This document shows positions 56,039 through 64,000 of a DNA stretch of 64,000 nt, in pieces (position 1 is the stretch's first letter; every line of letters starts with the position of its first letter). The notes beneath the pieces are model-generated. The model made no database searches. It worked only from the letters and a program-made list of their open reading frames with translations, and had not been told where the DNA came from. The DNA comes from Candidatus Latescibacterota bacterium. GTDB lineage: Bacteria; Latescibacterota; UBA2968; UBA8231. A program made the position numbers and the translations under genes. Where the stretch lies: assembly GCA_965248265.1 (NCBI GenBank), contig CBDFJF010000001.1, positions 3,072,001 through 3,136,000 on the forward strand. Reading direction: 5' to 3'.

Positions 56039-57325
56039 ATGGAACAGACGCTGACGCCAGCGCGAAAGCTTTCGGGCGAGATCACGGTACCCGGAGAATT
56101 CGACATGGCCGCGGAAGCCCTCGTCCTGGCGAGTCTTTCTCCCGAGGAGAGCCGTATCGCCAATGTGCCCGTGTCCATCGATCCCGTCGTCGATGTCGTG
56201 CGTCGGCTCGGTGCACAAATCGAGAGCACTGATTCGTCTCTACAAGTAAAAGGGACCGGGTTGGGCCAGTGGTCAGCGCCGTTGGCAACCGTTGATTTGA
56301 GCGCCTGTGGTGAGGCCGCACTGCCCCTGATGGCAGTGCTGGCAGGCCACGCCTTTGTCGCCAGCGCAAGGGTCGATTCGGACAGCGTTGAGTTGGCACG
56401 CCGACTGCTAGAGCTGCTGTCCCCCATGGGGGTGACCGCATCGGAGGAATCAGAGGGGGTGTTTCGGTTCGATGGTGATCGACCCTTGCGAGGTGCCGAG
56501 TACGAGAATGAGGAAATTCCCCGGATCGTCAAACTCTCGCTCCTGATCGCGGCGATGTCGGCTGAGGGCAGGACTATTGTACGAGAACCTGTCTCTTCTC
56601 GAGACAAGGCGGATCACTTGTTGAGGGCTCGCGGTGTCGACATCCAGGGCACAAGGGGTGTCGATCGCTCGGAGCGTTGCCTGGGATTGGAGGGCGGGCA
56701 GTCAATTGGTGCCGCGCAACTGGAGGTGTCTGGCCAGCTCAACCTGGCCATGCCGATTCTGACCGCGGCTACGGCGCTGAGAGGATCCAAGGTCACGATC
56801 AAGAATGTGGACCTGCGCACCGGTAAACGGCTCTTTCTCGATCTGGCGCGACAGATCGGTGCCGACGTCGAAGTCCAGGATGAGGGTTCTGTCTGCGACC
56901 TGTTGGTGAAGGGTGGGGGGACGATCAAGGCAACGCGGGTAGCCGAAAAGCGGGCGGAGCACCTGTTGGACCATGTGGCATTGCTGGCCGTGCTGGCGAC
57001 GCAAACGGAGGGAGCCTTCGTTATCCGTGATGTCTCAACCCTGCGTCGTGTCCATGGGTTCGACTACATGGCTCACCTGGTTGCTGCCCTTCGAAGCATG
57101 GGCGCCAAGGTCGGCGAGTACCCCGAGGGCATCGTGGTAGAGGGAGGGCACGTTCTTAAGGGGGTGGCCCTGGACAGCAACGGCGATCCCGGTTTCGTCC
57201 AGGCCTTTTCGGTAGCCGCCCTGCTGGCACAAGGTGAGACCGTCATTCACGGGACGGAGTGCCTGGATGGTGTTTTTCCTGGTTTTTTCGACACGCTGAA
57301 TTCTCTGAAGGGAGGAAAGCGATGA
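56039..57325 (+). CDS. EPSP-synthase (AroA)-fold protein with degenerate active site
   Basis: Collinear with class II AroA over 428 aa (LSGEITVPG, EP..SRD, LAVLATQTEG..VI.D, FPGFF), but the KS/HR, GNSGT, RP, SAQ, KE..R and DHR motifs are replaced. Confidence 0.8.
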   Translation: MEQTLTPARKLSGEITVPGEFDMAAEALVLASLSPEESRIANVPVSIDPVVDVVRRLGAQIESTDSSLQVKGTGLGQWSAPLATVDLSACGEAALPLMAVLAGHAFVASARVDSDSVELARRLLELLSPMGVTASEESEGVFRFDGDRPLRGAEYENEEIPRIVKLSLLIAAMSAEGRTIVREPVSSRDKADHLLRARGVDIQGTRGVDRSERCLGLEGGQSIGAAQLEVSGQLNLAMPILTAATALRGSKVTIKNVDLRTGKRLFLDLARQIGADVEVQDEGSVCDLLVKGGGTIKATRVAEKRAEHLLDHVALLAVLATQTEGAFVIRDVSTLRRVHGFDYMAHLVAALRSMGAKVGEYPEGIVVEGGHVLKGVALDSNGDPGFVQAFSVAALLAQGETVIHGTECLDGVFPGFFDTLNSLKGGKR

Positions 57326-57462
57326 GGTCCTTATTTCGCTTGTTCGCACTGATGGCCATCGTCTTCGCGGGAGGGGTCATTCTGATCAAGCTGCTGTACA
57401 GCGTCTCCTGGGGAGAGAGTCTGGAGATCGCCGATCAATTCGCCGAAGACCTGCTGGCTTGA
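57322..57462 (+). CDS. Small membrane protein (46 aa)
   Basis: GGAGG SD; ATGA overlap with the aroA-like stop and TTGA overlap with the aroE start; one TM plus an acidic amphipathic tail. Confidence 0.72.
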   Translation: MRSLFRLFALMAIVFAGGVILIKLLYSVSWGESLEIADQFAEDLLA

Positions 57463-58301
57463 TCAGCGGAGAAACCAAGGTTCTCGGGGTGATCGGAGAT
57501 CCCGTCGGACATAGCTCGTCGCCGGCAATGCACAACGCCGCCATTCACGCGCTCGGCCTGGACTACGTGTACGTGGCTTTTCACGTACCGGCGGGACATG
57601 TGGCCGAAGTCGGCCGTGCTATGCGCGCCTTGCAGATAACGGGTCTCAACGTGACGGTTCCACACAAGGAAACCATCATGGCCGAGTTGGATGAAATTGC
57701 CGATGAGGCCACCGCGATCGGTGCCGTCAATACCATTCAGAACGATCAGGGTCGCCTCACCGGCCACAACACCGACGCTCACGGCATCATCACGTCTCTG
57801 GCCGTCGATGGTGGTCTCGAGCGGTTGCCGTCGCAAGTCGTCCTGCTGGGTGCTGGGGGCGCTGCAAGGGCCATCCTCTACGCGCTGCTGCACCGGGATG
57901 AAGTTGAAAGTATCTCGCTTCTGAACCGCACGGTGACCCGTGCCGAGCAGCTCGCCGCCCAACTGGATCCCCAAGCGGACAAAGTAACTGTGGGTACCCT
58001 GGCTGAATGCGGCTGTGTGCGTGAGGCCGGCCTGCTGATCAACGCTACTTCCATCGGTATGCAACCGGACGCGGCGCATTCGCCTGTGGCGGATCCCGGC
58101 TGCCTGCATGGAGACCTCGTCGTCCTCGACATCGTTTACCGGCCCCTGAGCACGTTGTTGTTGCAGCAGGCGAAGGAGGCGGGTGCGCGCACGGTAGACG
58201 GCCTGGGAATGCTGGTACACCAGGGGGCTCGGGCGTTTGAATTGTGGACGGGCCAGCAGGCTCCCGTTGACGTGATGAGACAGGCCATCACGCCCAACTG
58301 A
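57459..58301 (+). CDS. aroE: Shikimate dehydrogenase
   Basis: GDPVGHSSSP, NVTVPHK, GAVNT, NTD, GAGGAA, NRT, GLGML..Q. Confidence 0.95.
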   Translation: MISGETKVLGVIGDPVGHSSSPAMHNAAIHALGLDYVYVAFHVPAGHVAEVGRAMRALQITGLNVTVPHKETIMAELDEIADEATAIGAVNTIQNDQGRLTGHNTDAHGIITSLAVDGGLERLPSQVVLLGAGGAARAILYALLHRDEVESISLLNRTVTRAEQLAAQLDPQADKVTVGTLAECGCVREAGLLINATSIGMQPDAAHSPVADPGCLHGDLVVLDIVYRPLSTLLLQQAKEAGARTVDGLGMLVHQGARAFELWTGQQAPVDVMRQAITPN

Positions 58302-60028
58302 TGAACCCTTTCGTCGAAGAAATCGTCCAGAGAGCGGTCTCTGCCACGGGGCTGTCGGAAGACGCCGTACGGATCCTGGTCGCGGTGCCGCCGGACGAGA
58401 GTCTTGGGGACTACGCCATTCCCTGTTTCACCCTGGCAAAAGAGCGCAAACAGAATCCGGTGGCCATAGCTGGAGACATCGCTCGTATGATCAGCGATGG
58501 CATCGACGCGGATGGCAACGAACCAAGTCACATCGCCCGGGTTCAGGCGGCCGGGCCGTACGTGAATTTCACCCTCGACCGCGTGCGCTTCATCGCCCAT
58601 GTGCTGGATGAAATTTCCGACCAGGGTGTGAAGTACGGTTCACGCAACCAAGGGCAAGGCAAGACCCTCGCCATCGATTTTTCGTCACCGAATCTGGCGC
58701 GACCTTTCAGCATCGCGCATCTGAGATCGACGGCCATCGGCAACGCCATCTATCGCCTGCATCAGTTCGCCGGGTGGCGTTGTGTCGGCATCAATCATCT
58801 GGGTGACTATGGCGCCAACTTCGGACAATTGCTGGCAGCCTATCGCTTGTGGGCGGACGAAGACGCGGTGCGGGCGAACCCGATCCCTGAGCTGCTGGCC
58901 CTCTACGTTCGCTTCAACGAAGAGGCGAAGGACAATCCCGACCTGACCGAACAGGCCCGATCCTGCCTGCGTGCCCTGGCTGAAGGGGACGAAGAGATGG
59001 TCGGGCTGTGGCGCTATTTCATCGAGGAGGGTACCAAGGAAGCCGAGCGCATCTACGGCATCCTGGATGTTCACTTCGACGAAGTTCTCGGAGAGAGTTT
59101 CTTCGCCGACAAGCTGGACGACGTAGTGGCGCTGTTCCAGGACGCGGGCCTGGCGGAAGAAAGTGAGGGTGCCCTCATCGTACGCCTCGATAACGATGAG
59201 GACATGGCTCCCTGCATGTTGCGCACGAGCAACAACACCAGCACCTACCACAGTCGCGATATCGCCGCCTTGCTGTACCGGCACGAGCAGTACGACTTCG
59301 ACAAGATGGTCTACGTCACTGACATGCGTCAGAGCTTGCATTTTCGCCAGTTGTTCAAGGCGGTCAAGCTGCTTGGGTTGGAGTGGTCCTCGCAGTGCGT
59401 GCACGCACCGTTCGGAATGATGAGCTTCAAGGGAGCGGCGATAGCGACCCGCAAAGGCAATATCGTTTTCCTGGAAGAGGTGCTGGATAGGGCGGTGCAG
59501 CTGACTGCCGACATCATCGCCGAGAAGAATCCGGATCTCGAAGATCGCGACCAGATCGCCAACCAGGTAGGCATCAGCGCCGTCATCTTCACCGACGTCA
59601 ACAACCGCCGCACGCGAGACATATCTTTTGATCTGGACGAGGTTCTCAACTTCGATGGCGAAACCGGTCCCTACGTGCAATACACCCATGCCCGGTTCTG
59701 CAGCATTCTGCGCAAGCATGGCGCACCTGTTGCCGCTGATGCTGACTTGTCCTGTTTGGGCGAGATCGCAGAAATGAGGGTGGCGAGACAACTGTCTGAG
59801 TTTCCGGACTCGGTTGAACGGGCCTGCGAGGAGAATGAACCCTCCTACATCGCCGCGTACCTGATCGACCTGGCGACCGTGGCCAACCGTTTCTACAACG
59901 AGTTGCCTGTTCTGGTGGCGGCTGACGATCAGCTGACAGCTGCCCGTGTCCGGCTCGTGGACTGCGTCGGCCAGGTCCTGCGCAGCGGCCTGTCCCTTCT
60001 GGGTATGAAGGCTCCCAAACAGATGTAG
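58301..60028 (+). CDS. argS: Arginine--tRNA ligase
   Basis: GDY, GPYVNF, DFSSPNLARPFSIAHLRS, NHLGD, GPYVQYTHAR, C-terminal Met. Confidence 0.95.
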   Translation: MNPFVEEIVQRAVSATGLSEDAVRILVAVPPDESLGDYAIPCFTLAKERKQNPVAIAGDIARMISDGIDADGNEPSHIARVQAAGPYVNFTLDRVRFIAHVLDEISDQGVKYGSRNQGQGKTLAIDFSSPNLARPFSIAHLRSTAIGNAIYRLHQFAGWRCVGINHLGDYGANFGQLLAAYRLWADEDAVRANPIPELLALYVRFNEEAKDNPDLTEQARSCLRALAEGDEEMVGLWRYFIEEGTKEAERIYGILDVHFDEVLGESFFADKLDDVVALFQDAGLAEESEGALIVRLDNDEDMAPCMLRTSNNTSTYHSRDIAALLYRHEQYDFDKMVYVTDMRQSLHFRQLFKAVKLLGLEWSSQCVHAPFGMMSFKGAAIATRKGNIVFLEEVLDRAVQLTADIIAEKNPDLEDRDQIANQVGISAVIFTDVNNRRTRDISFDLDEVLNFDGETGPYVQYTHARFCSILRKHGAPVAADADLSCLGEIAEMRVARQLSEFPDSVERACEENEPSYIAAYLIDLATVANRFYNELPVLVAADDQLTAARVRLVDCVGQVLRSGLSLLGMKAPKQM

Positions 60029-60031
60029 CCG

Positions 60032-60056
60032 AGGGCTCCCAAACACCGGGAGCCTT
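60032..60056. other. Hairpin after argS containing a duplicate of the argS 3' end
   Basis: AGGGCTCCC-AAACACC-GGGAGCCTT; GGCTCCCAAACA also occurs at 60010-60021. No U tract on the plus strand. Confidence 0.5.
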
Positions 60057-60074
60057 AAAGAAGAATCGAGGACC

Positions 60075-60266
60075 ATGGACAAGAAAGAGTTGGTGTGTGA
60101 TACCTGCGGCAAGGTGGCCGAGTTTCTTCGGCGCGATGTCGTCGATGGCGGATACAATGCGATGATGAAAACACCGCTGTGGAACTGTGAGGATTGCTAC
60201 CAGATCAAGCGGGCCAGCAGGACAACGGCATCCGGTTCGGACGCGGCGACACCGCCACAGACATGA
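60075..60266 (+). CDS. Small CxxC...CxxC putative zinc-binding protein (63 aa)
   Basis: CDTC...CEDC, GAGG SD, ATGA overlap with aroK. Confidence 0.72.
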   Translation: MDKKELVCDTCGKVAEFLRRDVVDGGYNAMMKTPLWNCEDCYQIKRASRTTASGSDAATPPQT

Positions 60267-60799
60267 GAGGCCCGGTATTCCTCACCGGGTTCATGGCCAC
60301 CGGTAAGACCAAGATCGGACGCCTCCTGGCGGGACTTCTGGGGTGGTCATTCATGGACACGGATGCTATGGTCATCGAGCGAGCCGGCAAGAGCATTTCC
60401 GAGATCTTCTCCGCTGACGGCGAAGCCGCTTTTCGAGCCCTCGAACACGCCAGCGTGCTGGAGGCCTGCGGAGTCCCGCATTCAGTGGTCGCGCTGGGTG
60501 GCGGTGCGATCATGGAGGAAGGCAACCGCAAGGCGATCGTTGCTTCCGGCGGCACCCTGGTCTGTCTGCAAGCGGATGTCGACACCATCGTCGAGCGTAT
60601 ATCCCGCAAAGACAACCGGCCGTTGCTGGCTGGCTTGAGCCGCGCACAGAAACGCGCGAAGATCGAGCTCATGCTGGCAGAGCGGGCACCTCACTACGCG
60701 GCGGCTGACGTCACCTTCCGATCCTCGGAGAATCGCGACGCCACCGTGGCGGCGCGTCGACTGCTGGCGCAACTGGAGAGTCATGAATGCACCGCGTAG
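60263..60799 (+). CDS. aroK: Shikimate kinase
   Basis: GFMATGKT, DTD, GEAAFR, GGG, RPLL. Confidence 0.95.
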   Translation: MRGPVFLTGFMATGKTKIGRLLAGLLGWSFMDTDAMVIERAGKSISEIFSADGEAAFRALEHASVLEACGVPHSVVALGGGAIMEEGNRKAIVASGGTLVCLQADVDTIVERISRKDNRPLLAGLSRAQKRAKIELMLAERAPHYAAADVTFRSSENRDATVAARRLLAQLESHECTA

Positions 60800-61887
60800 A
60801 GGTTGAGGTCGCTGCCTGCCCGTACACCGTCCTGGTCGGGCACGACACTATCTCCGAACTCGGTAGCCATTGCCGTGCGCTTGAATTGGGATCGCGAGTC
60901 GCCGTGATCGTGGATCGAGCGTTGCAGGCGAGTTTTGCCCCGAAGGCCATCAACAGTCTCCGGGACCATGGTTTCGATCCGCTCGAGATCGAGTTTGCGG
61001 GCAGCGACGCCGCCAAGAACCTGACTACCGCAGAAGAAATCTTTGGACGCATGATCGAAGCAGAGTTGGATCGCGGCTCGTGGGTGCTGGCCCTGGGCGG
61101 AGGGGTTGTCGGTGATATGGGGGGGTTCGTCGCGGCCACCTACCTGCGCGGCGTCGACTGCGTGCAGGTTCCGACCACGGTTGTGGCGCAGGTAGATGCC
61201 AGCCTCGGTGGTAAGACGGGAGTCAATCACCGTCTGGGCAAGAATACGATCGGCGCCTTCCATCAGCCGCGACTCGTGTTCACGGACACGGCCAGCCTGC
61301 GCAGTCTGCCAAAACGCGAACGAGTCGCCGGCATGGCCGAGATGATCAAGCACGGTATCATTCGTGACGAGGAATTGTTTGCGTTTCTGGAACAGCACCT
61401 GGAGGCGGTCGTCGACATGTCCATCGACGCGGAGCGCCTGGATTGGTTGATTGCCCGCAATGTCGCACTAAAGGCGGGGGTCGTAGCCAGTGACGAGCGA
61501 GAGAGTGGCTTGCGTGCTATTCTCAACTACGGCCACACCATCGGGCACGCGATCGAAGCGGCGACCGAGTACCGTCAGTACAACCATGGAGAGGCTGTCA
61601 TCCTGGGCATGGCGGCCGCGGGGGAGATTGCTTGTCGAATGGGTTTATGGCCGCAGACACAACGGCAGCGCCAGGACGATTTGCTGGAAAGGCTGGGCGT
61701 ACCCGAAGGCATCGGTGGAGTCGATGCCGCGCGTATCGTCGAGCGTACGCACGCAGACAAGAAACGGATCAACGGCAAGATCCGCATGGTCCTCGCCCGC
61801 CAGGTTGGCCAAGCCGAACTCTTCGACGACATCGATGAAGCCACCATCCGTGCCGGTGTCGAGCATATCCAGGGTAAATACCGATGA
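60787..61887 (+). CDS. aroB: 3-dehydroquinate synthase
   Basis: LGGGVVGD, RG..QVPTT..QVDAS.GGKTG, LNYGHT.GHA.E, HGEAV. Confidence 0.96.
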   Translation: MHRVEVEVAACPYTVLVGHDTISELGSHCRALELGSRVAVIVDRALQASFAPKAINSLRDHGFDPLEIEFAGSDAAKNLTTAEEIFGRMIEAELDRGSWVLALGGGVVGDMGGFVAATYLRGVDCVQVPTTVVAQVDASLGGKTGVNHRLGKNTIGAFHQPRLVFTDTASLRSLPKRERVAGMAEMIKHGIIRDEELFAFLEQHLEAVVDMSIDAERLDWLIARNVALKAGVVASDERESGLRAILNYGHTIGHAIEAATEYRQYNHGEAVILGMAAAGEIACRMGLWPQTQRQRQDDLLERLGVPEGIGGVDAARIVERTHADKKRINGKIRMVLARQVGQAELFDDIDEATIRAGVEHIQGKYR

Positions 61888-63245
61888 CGCGACGGCCTGA
61901 TAAGGTTCACCTGGTCAGCTTGGGATGTCCAAAGAATACGGTGGACTCCGAACGCATGCTGGGATTGCTCAACGGCAACGATTACGAGATCACGGAGGAT
62001 CCTGAGGAGGCCGATGTCGTCATCGTCAACACGTGCGGGTTTATCGGTCCGGCGAAGGAAGAGTCGATCGAGGCCATCATGGAGGCCCACGAGCTACGCG
62101 AGAAGGGCCGATGCAAGGGCGTCATCGTCACTGGTTGTCTGGCGGAGCGTTACCAGAGCACGCTCAAAGAGGATTTGATCGAGGCGGATCAGGTACTGAC
62201 GCTGAGCCAGGAGAACGATATTGTCCGCAATGTCGACGAACTCCTGGGGAATGAGCGCGCAGCCTATCTGAACGCGCCCCGTTTGACCACGACACCCTCA
62301 CACTGGGCCTACCTGCGGATTTCAGACGGATGTGACCACAAGTGCGCCTTTTGTGCCATTCCCTTGATCAAGGGGCGCCACCGCAGTGAGACCATCGAAG
62401 ATCTGGTTGCCGAAGCCAAACGGTTGGCCGGCGGCGGTGTTCGCGAACTCGTCCTGGTGGCGCAAGACTCCGTCCGCTATGGCGCGGACCTCTACGGCCG
62501 CCCGCAGCTGGTTCCCCTGCTGGAGCAGCTGGCCGCAGTGAATGGAATCAAGTGGATGAGGTTGATGTACACCTATCCGGCCTTCTGGACGGACGAGATG
62601 ATCGACTTTTATGCCGATAGCAATACAATGTGTAACTACATCGACATGCCGCTGCAGCATATCTCCGATCCGGTGTTGAAAAGGATGCGCCGAGCAACGA
62701 CCAAGGCCAAAACAGAGCGCCTGCTGGATCGCCTGCGCGAGCGCCTGCCCAATGTTGGGTTGCGATCCTCTTTCATCGTCGGCTTTCCGGGAGAAACCGA
62801 AGCTCAGTTCGCCGAATTGCTGGAATTTGTGGAACAGACCCGTTTCGACAACGCCACCTGCTTCATCTACTCACCTGAAGAGGGCACCGAGGCCCACGGT
62901 CTGGATGGCGAACTTCCCGAAGACGTCAAGGAGGAGCGCTTTCGCCAGCTGACCGAGCTACAGGACGGCATTTCGGCCGACATCAATCACGGGCTGGTAG
63001 GCACGCAACAGGTCGTCCTCGTCGATGGGCTGGTCAACGACGAGGCGGGAAGCGGCTGGAGTGGACGGCTGCAGCGAGATGCACCTGAAATCGATGGGCA
63101 CGTGCGCATCGAAGCGTGCACGGACAAACCTGGTGTTGATAGAGATCCTGGTGTTGATCCGTTGGTCGGCAAGTTCGCCCAGGTCGAGATCATCGGCGCC
63201 TACCCCTACGAGCTTGTCGCTCGCTGGACAGGTAATTCCTGGTAA
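61884..63245 (+). CDS. rimO: Ribosomal protein S12 methylthiotransferase
   Basis: SLGCPKN.VDSE, NTCGFI, radical SAM CDHKCAFC, APEIDG TRAM domain. Confidence 0.95.
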   Translation: MTRRPDKVHLVSLGCPKNTVDSERMLGLLNGNDYEITEDPEEADVVIVNTCGFIGPAKEESIEAIMEAHELREKGRCKGVIVTGCLAERYQSTLKEDLIEADQVLTLSQENDIVRNVDELLGNERAAYLNAPRLTTTPSHWAYLRISDGCDHKCAFCAIPLIKGRHRSETIEDLVAEAKRLAGGGVRELVLVAQDSVRYGADLYGRPQLVPLLEQLAAVNGIKWMRLMYTYPAFWTDEMIDFYADSNTMCNYIDMPLQHISDPVLKRMRRATTKAKTERLLDRLRERLPNVGLRSSFIVGFPGETEAQFAELLEFVEQTRFDNATCFIYSPEEGTEAHGLDGELPEDVKEERFRQLTELQDGISADINHGLVGTQQVVLVDGLVNDEAGSGWSGRLQRDAPEIDGHVRIEACTDKPGVDRDPGVDPLVGKFAQVEIIGAYPYELVARWTGNSW

Positions 63246-63255
63246 GGAACGAGAG

Positions 63256-63609
63256 GTGGCAGAGGACAAGAGAAGGCGTCGCGCTCGGGCCGTCGAATTG
63301 ACCGAAGACCAACTTCTGATTCAATGGTTGGACGGTCACGAGAGCCGGCTACCCCTGGAAGATCTTCGCCGCGATTGCCCTTGTGCCGTCTGTCGCGAGC
63401 ATCGAAGCGCGCAGCCTGAGCCTTCGATTGGCGGTGGGGGAGAACTGCCGATGCTGAGCGCGGAAGCGGCCGCGGCGACGGCTGCGGCTACGGGATTTGA
63501 CTACGTCGGCCGGTACGGGGTTCGCATCACCTGGGCCGACGGCCACGATACCGGCATCTACGTCTTCGAAGCACTGAGGGAGCTTGATGACGACGACGAT
63601 GACTCATGA
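63256..63609 (+). CDS. DUF971 (GBBH-like N-terminal) family protein
   Basis: I.W.DGH..LRRDCPCAVC..VGRYGV.I.W.DGHDTGIY. Start GTG 63256. Confidence 0.88.
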   Translation: MAEDKRRRRARAVELTEDQLLIQWLDGHESRLPLEDLRRDCPCAVCREHRSAQPEPSIGGGGELPMLSAEAAAATAAATGFDYVGRYGVRITWADGHDTGIYVFEALRELDDDDDDS

Positions 63610-63643
63610 CTGATGAGCTCGAAGCTCATCAGTCATGAGTCAT
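63599..63643. terminator. Perfect 21-bp inverted repeat spanning both convergent stop codons
   Basis: ATGACTCATGACTGATGAGCT-CGA-AGCTCATCAGTCATGAGTCAT; no U tract on either side. Confidence 0.6.
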
Positions 63644-64000
63644 TCGTGTTCCGCGGTGCCCGGGCCAACCACAGTTCGATCAGAAGCAGCGCCAGGGCGA
63701 CCATCAGGAACTCCCGCCACAGTTCCTGACCGTAGCGATTGGCGAGCAGGGCTGCCCCGAAGCCCTCGGCCCCGACCAGGTGCAGCTGTTGGGTCGCGAA
63801 GAGGGTTTCAAAACGCTCGCGTGGTAGCGGCGCCAGCCGTGATTCCCGACGATCGACATTCACCGCGAATCGATCGACCACCTCGCCGTTGTTTGACAGC
63901 GTCCAGATCCCCGACTCATCGACCCGCCTGACTATCCACACCAGCCTGCCATTTACGATTTCAGCATCCAGGTATGAGCGGCGTCCAGAGGGCGACTCCG
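63633..64000 (-). CDS. C-terminal fragment of a BatA/vWA-type membrane-anchored protein (5' end outside the window)
   Basis: Frame open to the window edge; G.W...FAVN.D.RES.L, ELWREFL plus C-terminal TM. Confidence 0.65.
   Translation of the reverse strand, partial: ESPSGRRSYLDAEIVNGRLVWIVRRVDESGIWTLSNNGEVVDRFAVNVDRRESRLAPLPRERFETLFATQQLHLVGAEGFGAALLANRYGQELWREFLMVALALLLIELWLARAPRNTNDS

Noticed and set aside
56039-57325. MurA or ordinary active aroA call
   Set aside because: It lacks MurA motifs (GAKN, LPGGC.IG.RP, PGFPTD) and the AroA catalytic motifs, so no gene symbol was assigned.
58680-58740. ArgRS HIGH motif reads SIAH
   Set aside because: Ser-for-His variants (FS.GH) are known among ArgRS, and the rest of the enzyme looks intact.
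1-64000. Prophage, IS, integron or defence island
   Set aside because: No integrase, transposase, phage or recognisable defence genes, and composition looks uniform by eye.

Overview
GC-rich bacterial chromosomal segment of about 58 densely packed CDSs. I found no rRNA, tRNA, CRISPR array, integrase or transposase. Taxonomy cannot be fixed from the sequence; gene content would fit an FCB-related lineage such as Latescibacterota or Gemmatimonadota (inference). In order it carries: gltBD; a GldA/F/G-like ABC operon with a doubled GldG and a DUF4340-like gene; accessory enzymes (plant-type TrpD-like protein, two Nudix hydrolases, rhomboid, LicC/PntC-like NTP transferase plus a core MetE-like enzyme, DAHP synthase, nuclease-XPD helicase, mtnP, a ferritin-like/ATP-grasp fusion, ferritin); a surface-glycan cluster; and a co-oriented run of about 14 kb (trpE-G-D-C-trpS-chorismate mutase-tyrA-aroA-like-small membrane ORF-aroE-argS-small Zn ORF-aroK-aroB-rimO-DUF971). 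That run starts with a sigma70 promoter and an unannotated Trp leader-peptide attenuator. Top leads: (1) the full-length aroA-like gene has lost almost every EPSP-synthase substrate and catalytic motif, suggesting a pseudoenzyme, and is coupled to a 46-aa membrane protein; (2) the trpL attenuator; (3) the diiron-protein/ATP-grasp fusion. Two genes lack a canonical start upstream of their conserved N-termini, and short tandem micro-duplications recur in intergenic spacers. All family calls come from motif recognition by eye, not from database searches.
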